Shown here: piece by piece, positions 26,671-39,511 of the stretch
Layout of the letters: each line of letters opens with the position of its first letter
Position numbering within the stretch: the first letter of the stretch is position 1
Assembly: GCA_000320545.1 (NCBI GenBank)
Contig: ADNK01001668.1
Coordinates: forward strand, 74,039 to 138,038
Origin: Bigelowiella natans CCMP2755
Lineage: Eukaryota; Protista; Cercozoa
Direction of reading: 5' to 3'
DNA length: 64,000 bases
Notes under the pieces: model-generated
The model's database searches: none
What the model saw: only the letters and a program-made list of their open reading frames with translations
What the model was told of the DNA's origin: nothing
Position numbers and translations under genes: made by a program

Positions 26671-27669
26671 CAGAACACGCCATCTTCGCACACCAATTTC
26701 TAAAATGTAGCTACTACCCTCCGCCTCATTCCTGCGCCGTTATCATTTATGACAGTTGAACGAATCATTCAAGCAGCTCGCGAATCATGAATTCAGGGCG
26801 CCATGCCCATGAAAGGAGATTGGCTTCGCAGGTGTCGTAATGTATGTTGTTGTTCTGTTGTTGCGATTATTTTCATATATATTTTAGAAGTTTCTACGAT
26901 TATTGAACCATATTTTTCTAGACGGATTAACTAAACACAAGTCAAAATAAAAAAGGAAGTTTCTAGGATATAAATTACTACAATTATTACACAAGAATTT
27001 ACCAACAACACAGCCAACAAATCTGCCATTGTTGTACTGAAACACGATTAGATCAAGTTGCGACCAGCTCGGGCAAAACTTGAATAAGAAGAAATGGGAT
27101 GGTTTTTATGGGTGCGACAACCGAAAGAACTGCGATAAATGAAATACAAATCACATATATGCCTTCACCTAAACAACGCCAACAAAAACACAACAGCTGA
27201 GGAGGCGGAGGGGGAGGCAGTTGCCAACTTGAACAACTGAAAGAGCAGTATCGTCGTCACCTCGAGGCGGGGAGTAGATACACATCGTGCAGAAATTACA
27301 CCGTCGCCTCCGTATATTTTTGTTGGCCTTGCTGCTCTATTCTGTGGCAATTCGTCTTTCCGTATGGATACGGTAAGGGATCGATTGACTCGATTGACCT
27401 CATATTTCTCTTCAAATGATCAAAAACTACCAGTTCTTTAATCAATTTTCTGTGCATTGTTGAGAATATGCACCTTTGTAGCTCCAAAGACTCATCACCA
27501 TGCTATAGCAACAATGGGAAAGAGGAAAGTAAGATCGTAGTAAGTAGTAATTGGGACCTTGCCTTATATGCATATAAGCATATGTGTTCCGTATTGTTAT
27601 GAAAAATATGTTCGTTATCATACATATGTGCTCTCATCCCTCTTCTTTCTACTAGTTCTTCGAATCGTT

Positions 27670-27762
27670 ATGCCTCGCGACTTTTCTGCCAGTTTCAAGA
27701 AGGACGCAAGCCCTGAGATGTACATTACGTAGTACTAGCTTTTGCATATATGCGTGCAAGCA

Positions 27763-27823
<61 letters not shown>

Positions 27824-28652
27824 GATGTGGAATATTTTCTCTTCTTTTTTCTTCTAACGTCACTCAGAAAGCAGACAGAGCAAATGGTGGCCTACAGGAG
27901 GTTCGGTCTTGGTGAAGAAAGCTCAGAAATACCAGCAGAATCTGAGGACCTTCATGTATTCAACGATGCTATTGTTTCCAGAATATCTCTTGAGAAAAGG
28001 TGGTATTTACGACAACGATGACGACGACAAGGATATATGGCATGGTTTTCTCACACTTAAGCGTACGCACTTAAAGCACTAGTGGTGTAAGAATATTCTT
28101 CAACAAATGAGCGTATAGTGGTAGAAATTGTGGCACTATCTGACATTTAAAATGTCTTATTTCTTCCTTTGTTAGTGGTTGTATCTGCATCTCGCTTCCG
28201 TTGATACTCCTGCTTTCGCTGTTTCAGGTTGACAAGATGGTACAAGATGCCGCATGATGATCTTGGCGGTTCCCCAAGGGATAAGGCGTTTGAGTATCGA
28301 GTTTTGCCCTCTAATTTGCAATCTTCATCACTTTATAACAAGACTGATGGCATGATGCAAGCGACGAGAACTCAAAATGAAGAAGATCATAGCAAGCCGC
28401 GTGTTATAAGATTTTCAAGGAGAAAACGGGTATGCAAGCAATTCATAATAAAAACACATCCTCATCGTCTAAGTTATCATATCGCTTATTGCTCGGTTTG
28501 GACCTGATGTTGTCAAGGCGTTGTGGCTGGATAAAGAGTATTGGAGACGGTTTGAGCGAAGGAGAGTGCCAAAGAAAATCATGACTCCTTCCGGTGAGGA
28601 CAATGATGCACCGCCCTTGCATAATATGCTTGTTCAATTTCTGCACGAATGT

Positions 28653-28693
<41 letters not shown>

Positions 28694-30166
28694 TTTTTAT
28701 CGTCGTTGTATCGTCGGCACTAATCAGGCAATGGCAGGGAGATTTTGATGCATAGAATGATACCAAACGTGTTGATGGAATCTCCACACCCGGTTCCAAC
28801 TACCACCATGCAGCTGGACTCCTCCTCCGCCCCAGCAAAGGCGAAACTGAGCTTAGAAGAAGAGAAGGAATTGAAGCTTCTTGAAGATGTAGCTCGACGA
28901 GCAGCGCCGTACCAAGGGTTATTCGAAAGGAGGAGGAGGAGGAGGAGGAAGAAGAAGAGTAGCTTCAGAGGTTTCCAGAGAAACAATAATATATTTTACT
29001 ATGATAAGGCCACACGATGGAAAGAGGCAGCAGCTGCTGATGATGATACTAACAAATGCGAGCCATCATCGCGTTCCAGGCAATCAAATCCTCTGGAGGG
29101 CTACTGCTGGCAATACCAGTCCCTCGATGATATAGCAGCCTCATCATCATCATCATCATCATCATCGATGGTTTCTCAGTATTATGTGACTGTGGAAGAG
29201 GATACGCACAATTGGTCGAGAGGTGGTGATGGTGCCGCTGCTGGTGGTGGTGCTACTGGTGTTTCTGCTGATGGGTTCAGAAGAAGAAGGGGAGGTGGAG
29301 GAAGAGATCACCGCAATGATGGTATTCCACTGCGTTCCTGGACCTGCTTTCCAGATGACATCAACGAAAAGTACTACTACGTGGCATTGCTACTGCTATA
29401 TTTCTGCATCTGGCCTTGATGCCAATTGATTATTAGTGTACTTTAATTTCGATTTTTCTTTTTCTGTTTTGTTCCCGCTGCTGTGGTTGTTTGGCATCAT
29501 GCTGCGCTGACTGTAACGGTTGATTATCATGTCCATGCGCATGAATACTGCTCAAGTCTCAAGTTTGATTATCACACCAGGCTGGAGGCAGCACGCAAGG
29601 CTGGAGTAAAACGAGTCATATTGCCGATAAAGAGCTATGATTACTACTGCTGCAAACCTATTCACGATCTTCCTCCTGTTTCCTATTCTTCGCCGTCCCA
29701 AAGAATGGGGCAAGATAAGCAAGCTCCTCTCGTCGATGATGGCTATCATATTCATGATGACAAATTCCAAAGTAGCAGGAACAAGGAGAAGGAAGCCTAT
29801 ACGAATACTGATGACCGTTTCGGATGCGATGATTGGAAAGACCTTGCCTGGCTTTTAGGAGATCGAAGAAGGAGGAAGATCATGCCAGGTTTCCTTGCAA
29901 GCAACATAAACAACGACACTGCCTTCTATGATAATAGAAGCTGTCGTAATGGTAGCACCTCCAACACCAAATCCCAGCGACGTGTAGAAAGCGAAGAAGA
30001 GGAGTTGATGAGAAGGACTGCTGGTAGGAACGAAACAACACCGCCTCGGTATCGTCATATCACCCAACGAGATATTATCGACTGTTCAAAGCTGCTAATC
30101 ATCGAGGGAGGAGGCCAAGACGATTACAGCCAAGAAGATAGGGAGGAGAAAGAAGATATAGAGTCT

Positions 30167-30201
<35 letters not shown>

Positions 30202-30850
30202 TAAGGAATGCGCAGAAGGTTCTTCCGGTGTTCATGTAATCAATGGATCGAGCAGGGGAGTAGCTACGGGGAAGGGGGGGCAGCAGCAGCAGCAGCAGCA
30301 GTACAAAGTGTCATCTACTCCCTCTGCATCTAAGGCGAGAAGAAGGAGCAATCGTTGGTTTCGGTGGCTTCATACCAGCAGCGATCGATTTGATACGATG
30401 CGAAGGGAGGTTGAGCACATGCTTGCTAATGAAGAAGGCGAGGAGAAGGAGGCGAGTGAGAGGAGAAAGGAGAGGGAGATGTTGCTGGGGAGGATATTAG
30501 ATAAAGAAAACAAAACGAGAGAAGGAGGGGGAATAGGCCGCGAATGGTTACGTGTACGGGTAGTCTTGGGATTTGATCTCAGTACAGAGAAGATCCAGTG
30601 CTTTAGAATAGTAACGAGAACAACTACCGCGTCGACGACGATGATGGGAAACAACAACGCCGATTATCAACAGAGTAACAGGGAAGCCTGGCATCGTAAC
30701 TCCATAGTCAAGTTAGAGAGCTATGCACAACGTATTCGCTCTGTTCCAACTAAACGGCGGGACGATGCAACCATCCACGATCCATTCCTCAACGCAACCG
30801 CCATCTTCCCTCGACAAAGGTGCTGATCATGTGCTACAAATAGCAGCAGC

Positions 30851-30882
<32 letters not shown>

Positions 30883-31433
30883 TGGTAGCACATCCATACA
30901 CTAACACCATTTATAATCGTTGAAAAGTATTTGTTTCATCACATCATCCTTACCATGGTGGTGTAGAATTTACTTTTTCCCTTTCAATTCCGAAGTTATT
31001 ACTTTGGAACCCATCAACATCGTCGTGGCCATTGTAATGATAAAGATCACACCACTACATCTACAGCTATCCTAGTCTCTGGTTTCGTCGCTTCGGTCGG
31101 TCGGAGAAGGAAGAAAAGCACTTATGGATGGGTAATATCATTAACGTGTTAGATGATGATGATTATATCATCATCATCAAATTGTGTTAGCAGCTTTCAT
31201 ATAGACTGTCGTAGTGTTTGCTTCGTGTATGCCCTGTAGCATTAGAGGCTATATGTTTATATATATATGCAGTTGGAAGCGACAGATCATCATTAATACC
31301 TTGTTGCTCTGGCAGGTGTGAATGCTTTGTTGTTCGGTCATTGGGCAGTAGCGCTGAGGAATTTTGACATTGTCGTATCAATTCACGATCCCTATAACAT
31401 CAAGTATGGACGATACCCATGCAAACAGAGAGT

Positions 31434-31474
<41 letters not shown>

Positions 31475-31833
31475 ACACGTTGGAATGATAGTCTGCCTTA
31501 CGACATTTCGTTATCATTGTTTTTGTGATTTACAGGTACAGATATTACAGGATGCTGGCAATGCATCAGTGCTACATGCATGCTGATGTTATCCGAGAGG
31601 CTGGTGTGATCAATAACCATCATCATTACTACCCGTTATTAGTAGTGAAACCAACAAAAATGCTTTCATCACCATCATCATCAGCACCACCATATAATAA
31701 GCACTAATACCACTTCTCCCGTTGTTATTGATTACACAATTATCTGTCACCTGGTAGAAATGAGAACGAAACTTCCAACATAACAGAACGCAATCAGCAT
31801 TTAATAATCATACTACTAGTATTTTGCGGCTGC

Positions 31834-31873
<40 letters not shown>

Positions 31874-33154
31874 CACATACTAGGAATTGCTAGGAGGCTG
31901 ATCGACATGACACACATTGATGCGGATCCTTTAGCGAGTAGCCCCTATGCAATGAAGAACATGGCTCCCCCTGGCCACAAGACATGGGAAGATTTCCACA
32001 AACGCTTTGAAAGACAACGACGCATGCTTATCCGTCGGTTAAGTCTTAACACTGGAGGAGGAGGAGGGGGAGGAGGCAGTAAGGGCGGGAAAGGGTCCGG
32101 AATCAAAAGAAAACTAGGTTCAACTGGAAGATCAAATGCGAAAACAGCTGTTGGAGATACGGAAATGATGCCGGTAGGTAAGAATAATGAGATGTTCCTT
32201 TATACTTATGATGAGCGTTGTGAGGAAGAACAGCAGCGGCAGCAGCAGCACGGACAACGAGGAGACTCTGCTTTCATCGACGACGCATTCAATGATCAAG
32301 GCAGGGAATGTGGAGGGGGGGTTGTATTTGATGAGAGCCTCCGCTTTGGACTTCAAGATACGTTCGCAGCAGCGGATGAACAGAGGGAGAAGGAGATGAA
32401 AAAGGAGACGTTCGCCATGCCACAGCTACCTCCACTCATGCGCTGGGAGAGTACTCATTGCCTGGAAGAGGAGCATAACAAGATTATTGAGGTGTTGAGA
32501 CCTTATTTGCATATGATGACAGTGATATCTAGGAAACTACCCAAGGAGAAAAGAGAAATTGAACAAAACCTTTGTATCAATGCAAGACATGTGTGTGTGC
32601 GCCACTCCGTCTCCTGATCTTTCTTTCTTTCCTGCATACTGTTAATGATATTGCAGGCTGGCACGTTCATGCTACCCCTGGGCATCACTGGCCACGGCTT
32701 AAATAAGCGTATTCTCCAAATACCTACATCGACCGACGGCTTGCGAAAAGCATTTACAACTGCAAAATCCCAGAGGATTGTGGTACCGCTCCAGCGACGA
32801 AAATCCACTGCATTTCTGGGTGCTTCTCTCGATAATGACAATGACAACGAGGAAGAGGATGAAGAGGAAAATGATCGGTATGGTTTCAACAACAATCGGA
32901 CGGCACAACTTGCAGCCAGGTCAGTATATGTAATACTTCGTGGATAAAGAGGTGGCGAGGGGGGTTATCATAATGAAGGCGGTAGGTGCTATTTGCAAAT
33001 GATGTATGTTTCAATTTAGTTTGACCGAATATATAGCATAGTTATCCTTAAGAACCATAGGGTTGTTTGTTAGGATTAGAATTGCAATTTTGGTATCTAC
33101 TGTTCGGCTACTACTACTATTACTACTAGTAGTAGTAGTAGTACTCCTACTCCA

Positions 33155-33186
<32 letters not shown>

Positions 33187-33398
33187 GTTTTCTTCTTCGC
33201 TGCTATTACTACTGCTGTCAATGTAGCTGCTAAAAATACATTGAACATCTGCAATAACAGGAAATTGCAGAAAGATATCTCGAAGAAGATAAAGGTATGA
33301 GGGGAACTTTCCTTGTCATTTCTTGTGAGAGGAATAGGAATGCGACATACTTAAATATTGGAGATAATTGCATGAGCGAGATACATATTGCACAAAAG

Positions 33399-33478
<80 letters not shown>

Positions 33479-33571
33479 CGCAGACCAAGGAGGATGAGGG
33501 CTTGTATACTAAAAAGGAAGAGTATATACGCCAGGATCCATTTGATGAAGATGGTCGCTGAGAATTGGTGA
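27670..33571 (+). CDS. Large hypothetical multi-exon protein (possibly two genes)
   Basis: Long co-oriented ORFs 28745-29419, 29483-30826 (447 aa), 31907-32617 and 32645-32947, separated by GT-AG microsatellite introns. No family recognised. Confidence 0.5.
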
Positions 33572-33836
33572 TGATTCAATCTATTGCCCATGCTTCACAG
33601 GCATCAGTCTAATACACTTGGGTCTTCGTAATCGTACTCATGTAATACATTGTAAATCATCGACACCACACTCTTCACGGAGCTATTCACATCGTTGAGA
33701 TGTTATGTGTAGATTGGTACACATCTAACACTTAACAAAGTACATTGTGCAGGTACATATGTATTCACATGTGATCGCATGCAATCGCATATGTGGCAAT
33801 TGATAGTTTAAGTGTTTGCAGCAACACATGGAGTAA

Positions 33837-34772
33837 TCACATGACGCAATTACGTGTAGCAGCACGCATGCACAGGTAGCTTCCTGAACATTGTTGTTGT
33901 TGTGCTTGTGGGTTACACAAACCATTTCCCCTCTTAGACATTTCGTAATGTCCAACATGTTTTGGTGTTTTTTTTTTAATTGAAATTGTAATGAACGTAG
34001 TTGTCATCATAGGAAAACTGCTTCTTCCGGCTTCTTCTTTTTCTTTTTCTTCTTCCTCTCCCACACTGCTCTCTACTTCAGATGCATCATTGTGCGCATG
34101 TCCATCGCTACGAATATGATTAGAACCCCTATCGAGAGATACCTGCATGCATTCTAACCAAACTTCAATCAATTTCTGCGCAATGAGCGTAAGTTGTACC
34201 TTGAAATACATTTCTTCGGTTTCGTAGAACAAACGTTGCACACGGGCTACAGAATGAGACCCGCAGTAATTTTCTGCAAACTTCTTCAGGCTATTTTCAG
34301 CGGTGGAGGCTTTTTCTTCCTTGGATCTCGCATCATGCACTTCGGTCAGTGCACTTTTTGCCATCTCTTCCAGTTTTTTACTGTGATTCGGATGAGCAGG
34401 AAGGCGGCGGTGGTTACTGCGACTACTTTCACTGGGATCTAGAACATTAGGTTCATTTTCGCTAGTGTCATCATCCGGCTTACCCTTTTTGCCCTTTTCA
34501 TCATTCTCATTTTGCATTGGAATTGCTAATCTTTCTTGTTCTCTCAGTTGATTGCCAGAACTGTCATCCGCATCCGCAATTTGTGAGCTGTTACTAGCAT
34601 CAACATTGTTAGAGGTTTCTTGCGATTCCACTCTGGCGTGATTCATTTGATGACCCACCGTGCGTGGGAAAAATTGAGTTGGGTTGTTTGCTTCGGTGGA
34701 AGGTGGTGTAGATTCATCATCACATGTCATGCTTCTTGGACTACTACCAGATTTTATTTTGGTCATTTTCAA
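33837..34772 (-). CDS. Intronless hypothetical ORF (311 aa), partly TpA-converted
   Basis: Uninterrupted ORF with an acidic/polar N-half and a helical-looking C-half, located at the left edge of the virus-like segment. Confidence 0.4.
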   Translation of the reverse strand: MKMTKIKSGSSPRSMTCDDESTPPSTEANNPTQFFPRTVGHQMNHARVESQETSNNVDASNSSQIADADDSSGNQLREQERLAIPMQNENDEKGKKGKPDDDTSENEPNVLDPSESSRSNHRRLPAHPNHSKKLEEMAKSALTEVHDARSKEEKASTAENSLKKFAENYCGSHSVARVQRLFYETEEMYFKVQLTLIAQKLIEVWLECMQVSLDRGSNHIRSDGHAHNDASEVESSVGEEEEKEKEEAGRSSFPMMTTTFITISIKKKTPKHVGHYEMSKRGNGLCNPQAQQQQCSGSYLCMRAATRNCVM

Positions 34773-34998
34773 ATTGTGTGTGTGACATTAAAAAATTAGT
34801 GCACCAAGCTGCAAAAGTCATGAACCAAAAATTTGTTCGCGCAGGTTAATTTTTTTTTTAGCATTTTTTTTCACATGCACTCTGCACACACAAACATTGA
34901 TCTGAAACCACCCACTGCCAGTTGTGCATCCTTTCTTCCGCAACATTGAGAACAATGAAAAAAATGACAATGTGAATTACAATTAGGAGACAGAACGA

Positions 34999-36678
34999 AT
35001 GTTCAGAATGAAATGCAAAGTGAGTTGTAGTTTTGGTGAAATCGTCGATGAAGTAACGATCCTGAGGATCAAAAAGAGCAAAGCCAAAGACAAAAAAGCT
35101 CCATTGAATGTCCAAAGAGAACTAGCTACGACAACAAGGCAAAACCCTCTTGTGTTGGATGACAACAAGCTGTTCGTAGATTTGGGTACAATGAACCGAA
35201 AGCTCTGGAATCTTGAAGATCTGACAAGGGATGAAAGCCGGAAGAAACAGTTTGATTCTGAACACATCAATTGCGCTGAACTGATCCATGGAACCAACGA
35301 TGAACGGCATGGAGTGAAACAATTAATCAACCAAAAGTACAACTCTCACCTGAAAGAAGAAAAAATGCACCATGAAGAAAAGAACGACCAGGAAGTCGAT
35401 CAGAAAAGGTTAGAAGTGGGGGAAAAATTGCACAATGATGGTCATTTCAAAGAATCGTTCCATTGCATTCAAAAATTGACACAAAAATGCATGAATCTTC
35501 ATGAGGAGATTGTCATGGACAACAGTTTTTGCATCGATTTGTTGTTCTCTCATTCGAACATGTGCAGCATCTACAACAAGGTGTTTCCTTGTTTCGAGCA
35601 GCTCAAAACAACAATGAAATCCTTGGATGCAACCGTTGTTGGCATGAGCGATGACCAGAAAAAGTTTTGCAAAACAAATTTCGCATCTGTTTGTTTGAAT
35701 TTGAAAAAGTGCGAATTGAGTCATGGGTGCATTGACCATGTCAATGACATCACCGGTCCCAATGTGCATTGTGACAACATGTCATTTTTCTCCAGAGGTG
35801 ATGATGAGAACAACAAAACACTGTTGGTACACGACGGAGGCGGGCTAGGCGACAAAATCATGCTTTCGAGATTTGCACCTAGCTTGTGTCAGAAACATGC
35901 TAGGAACAACGTGGTTCTCATGGTGAATAATGGACTGTGCTGGTTCTTTAGGAGCGCATTCAAAACAACAGGGAACCTAAGGGTGGCATCATCGGATTCC
36001 CAGACCCACCTGATCGGGCATTTTGATCATCATTGCAATCTGCTAAGTTTGCTCAAATGTCTTGGTGTCACACACGAAACTTTGTACCAAGACACCGAAA
36101 TGAGAAAGATTCGTGTGGATGCAAGTGAAGAGTGCAGACAGATCATTTCAACGTTCAAAAAACCAACCTGTGCATTCAATTGGAAAGGGAACCCGGCGAA
36201 TTCGCACGAGAAATGTGATCGAGGTCCACCGAATTCAGACGAAGCCGCCGTCAGTCTTTTCCGTCTGAAACATGTTCAATGGATCGTCACATCCAAAACT
36301 GCCCTGACGCCAAAGGAAAGAAAACTGTTGCAGAAACACAATGTGAAATGTCATGGAGACCGCATCGATGATGAAGACAAAGCTTTTCATGACACGATTT
36401 CGATCTTGCGAAAGGTGGATGGTGCAGTTTCGACAGACACGAGTCTCCCGCATTTGTCTTTGTCGCTCGGAACAAAAACGCATGTGTTGCTGACATTGGG
36501 GTGCGAATGGCGGTGGACCCAGGATGCAACAACGAATTGGCACCCGGAAGCCATTTTGTTGAGACAAAAAACACAAGGAAATTGGAAAGATCCAATTGAT
36601 TCTCTGAAAAAAATGCCATCAAAATCTCAGATGAAAAACAAAAACAAGTCTTTTTTTTTTCAATTCCAAAGTGTGTGA
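34999..36678 (+). pseudogene. DUF6165-like N-terminal domain fused to a GT9/heptosyltransferase-like glycosyltransferase domain; hypermutated
   Basis: S.GEIVD.VTIL.IK ... NRKLWNLED..R ... TNDER..VKQLIN.KYNS.LKEEK (DUF6165-like). KTLLVH..GGLGDKIMLSRF, WKGNP, F.DT..IL..VD...STDTSLPHL..SLG..T.VLL....EWRW......WHP...LLRQ...G.W (GT-B domain). Expected Tyr appear as His/Cys (WHP for WYP, HHCNL, LLVH). Confidence 0.8.
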
Positions 36679-36737
36679 ATGCATTTTTTTTTTCCTTCTG
36701 GGTTGCATGTGCATGCATGTGCACATGCATGCACATG

Positions 36738-37103
36738 TCATGTCTTGCAAACATTGTCATCCTTTGTCTCTTTTTTCATCGCATCGTTTTTGTTTTCTCG
36801 GTCTGCTTTTGGCGCCGTAACGATCTCATGGACAATGCACCCAACCGGCATGAGCGAAACCAGGTTCGCGAATGGCACCGGGTAGTCGATTCTTTCTTTC
36901 TTGCGAACAAGCACATGCAAGATCCAGCAAATGATGGTCGCTGTGATCAGCAAATGCATGCCTAGCGATGATGAAGAGGCATCATTCGTTTTTCTCATTT
37001 TCACAATTTGGGGCACAAAGCTTGCGATTTTGAGAACCGTTGCGATGTGCCCGAACGGTTCGGACATGAACGTCACGACTGCCGCAGGACACATTGAATC
37101 CAT
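36738..37103 (-). pseudogene. PQ-loop / SemiSWEET-like small membrane protein; hypermutated
   Basis: FGHIATVLKIASFVPQIVKMRKTNDASSSSLGMHLLITATICWILH...DYPVPFAN matches the SemiSWEET pattern G..A..L...SF.PQ..K...T.....LS..MY......W..Y....D.P...AN, with Y>H and L>S. Confidence 0.8.
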
Positions 37104-37206
37104 GATTGCTTTTTTTCATTTGTTCATTCAATTTTCAAGCTTGGTAAAAAAATCATTTTCACAGGTGTTTTTCAATTTTCATTTTTTGATCATTTGTTCA
37201 ATTGTT

Positions 37207-37592
37207 TCATTTTGCACCTGTGTGTGCATGTTTTTTGCTCATCCAAAGAGTCCAACCAATGTCACAATTCTGGCAGAACATCTTGACCGTCATCCCCTCA
37301 TCTGCCGATCGGGTTTGTTTGAGCGCAGTTGCAAGATTGTCTCCACTTTTCTTGCACTTGTGACACACGATCTGCATTGTTTTCGTTCGCCGCCGCCGTT
37401 TGTGATGAAGATGACCAGAAGAAGACGATGCAGAAGATTGCCGTTTGGTCTTCTTGTTTTTCCGCCGCTGCCTTTCGTGTGTTTGCAAAGTTGTTTGGTC
37501 GTCGCCCGGCAATGAGAAGAACACGTTTTCGATTTCACGAAACACATCTTTTTTGATCAAATTGTTGTGCAATTCCTTTTTGGTTTTCAACA
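37207..37592 (-). pseudogene. TFIIS-C / RPA12-RPC11-type zinc ribbon protein (virus-like short form)
   Basis: CHKCKK...LKQTRSADEGMTVKMFCQNC..W, the canonical QTRSADE acidic hairpin with two CxxC pairs. Confidence 0.85.
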
Positions 37593-38327
37593 TGTTTTCT
37601 CCAGAGGTGTCAACTTTTTCTTTGTTGTCATCATCATCTGCTGTTTCTGTTGTTGTTGTTTTTGGTGGCGGTGTGCTGTTTTTTTTGTGCGATGAAATCT
37701 TCTCATCCAACGAAGAAATCGCATTTGCATCATTGTTGTTGACATCATTGTTCTTGGTGTCACGGAGAGATCGTGCGCAGACTGTGACCTGCAAGGCGCT
37801 GATAACCGCTGAAACTGCAGTCGTCTGATCACCATAGGATCCACGTAGAAATATTTTTCGGTCACCGTAGAAGTAGAGGAGGGTGGCGGTGATTGTGGCG
37901 GCGGCGGCGGTGGTTTACCGCTAGGTTTTTTGGTGGTAGATTTCGTATCTGATACCGAAGGTAGAGGCGTGACTTGGATGTCCTTGCACATGACCTGAAA
38001 TTCGCTTAGACATTTCGTCTCGCTCGGGTACATCTTCGACATCAGACTAAAGTTATCCAGGTTAAACTCTGTTTGGTCAAGTCTTTTACAACAGACCATG
38101 GATTTTTCTTGTTTGCTGCTAAAACGGCACGGCATCACTACTTCCCAAGTGACCGCCGGATCGGTCGAACTCTGCAATTTTTTTTCTCCTTTCTCCATAA
38201 TATTGGATTGGGTGAGTAGTTGCGGGCTCATGATAATCACGCCATAACCCTTCTTTCCTTCTTCTTGGGTACGATCAGATGAGGGGTTAGAAGAATTTCC
38301 AGAAGAAGATAATAAGTATTGGCCCAA
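37587..38327 (-). CDS. Intronless hypothetical ORF straddling the hypermutation boundary
   Basis: 246-aa ORF. TA is normal above about 37830 and nearly absent below. Confidence 0.35.
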   Translation of the reverse strand: MGQYLLSSSGNSSNPSSDRTQEEGKKGYGVIIMSPQLLTQSNIMEKGEKKLQSSTDPAVTWEVVMPCRFSSKQEKSMVCCKRLDQTEFNLDNFSLMSKMYPSETKCLSEFQVMCKDIQVTPLPSVSDTKSTTKKPSGKPPPPPPQSPPPSSTSTVTEKYFYVDPMVIRRLQFQRLSAPCRSQSAHDLSVTPRTMMSTTMMQMRFLRWMRRFHRTKKTAHRHQKQQQQKQQMMMTTKKKLTPLEKTC

Positions 38328-39396
38328 AGTCCCCCCGTGGTAGTATTGTTTCTCGAATCTGCTATATAAAGACCCGTAGTTGAGGAATAATTTCCGTATT
38401 CGGCTGGATAGTCCGGGTCGCGATGATCCTGATTTTCCCTTTGACTTTAAGCATCTTGCAGTTCACTTCCTCGAGCGTATTAGCTTCGTTTATCAGGAAC
38501 CCAAGCGTCTTGAAGTTGAGTCCAGTCACTAACAGGCCATGCCCGCCGCTTATACGGTCACTGCCACGGATAACCACTTTGTTGTTCGGAGACGAGCTGA
38601 AGAGTAGTGGTGAGGTGGGTTGGGTGGCTTGGGTGGATTGGGTGACGGTAGACCGTTTGCGCGGTGTTTGGGCTGTTGGTTTTTTTCTCTTCAGGGATCT
38701 TTTTTGCTTTTTATTATTGTGGTTAATATCTGCTGAGGGCGGTAGCTCTGGTGTATGATGATGACCACTTTCTTCTTCTTCTTCTTCATCTTCTTCTAGA
38801 TTATTATCATCTCTTCGATCGTCATCCATAATTCCAAATTGGAGAGATTTCAAAAAGTTTGGGATGAAAGATAAACCCTTCTGGCTCTCCCTAGTTTTGG
38901 TTGTAGGGTCCGTGGTTGGGTCAGAGTCAGATTCCCATGCGTAGACTAGAACAGGACTAGAAGGGCTGAGGGAACCCTGGACGGGTTTGAAACTGTAACT
39001 GCTGATAGTCTCATCGGTACTGATTTTACGTGTCGAATATATGCTCCATCCTGACAGGTTGTAGCTGATACGGTACGGCAGACCTTGTTCTCGCGCCTGA
39101 TTCCTCCAGTCGATATCGAAATAGTGTGCCTGCAGAACATGCTGTATGGCACGTAGAGCCTGTTCATCAGATCGGATGATTTCCCGGACCTGACCGAACA
39201 AGAAAATCATTCCTCTTACTAGTGTTACACTTAGAAACATGTCTGTTATCTCTCTTGCCAGTACATGCACCACCTTTTTGATCGGCGCTGGTTGCACCAT
39301 TATGTCATCCACCCCGCCCCGCTTCTGCTGAGAGATTCTTCTTTGTTGTTCTCCGACAAGGAGATATTGGAAAAAATAATAAATAAAATTTTGCAA
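38191..39396 (-). pseudogene. Intronless protein with C-terminal compact SET domain, frameshifted in the last SET motif
   Basis: VVIRGSDRISGGHGLLV..LGFLINEA..VNC..IRIIATRTIQPNTE. The expected ELxxxYG motif appears as (E)LFLNYG in the shifted frame at about 38373-38393. Confidence 0.65.
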
Positions 39397-39511
39397 TTAT
39401 ACCGATATATTTATTTTTTATCAAGAAATTTATTCAAGTAAAATAATTTCGCAATTATACCGATATATATGTATATTTTTTATCAGGAATTTATTCAAGT
39501 AAAATTTCGCT
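39394..39511. repeat. AT-rich imperfect direct repeat, 2 x about 58 bp
   Basis: gcaattataccgatatat...ttttttatca.gaa.ttattcaagtaaaat..ttcgc occurs twice in tandem. Confidence 0.85.

Noticed and set aside
734-33591. Short ORFs such as YIYIYI, CVCVCV, THTHTH, ERERER and MMMM
   Set aside because: These are translations of intronic microsatellites.
37207-37592. Host RNA polymerase subunit or host TFIIS gene
   Set aside because: It is intronless, lacks the N-terminal domains, is TpA-converted and sits in the virus-like cluster, so no gene symbol was assigned.
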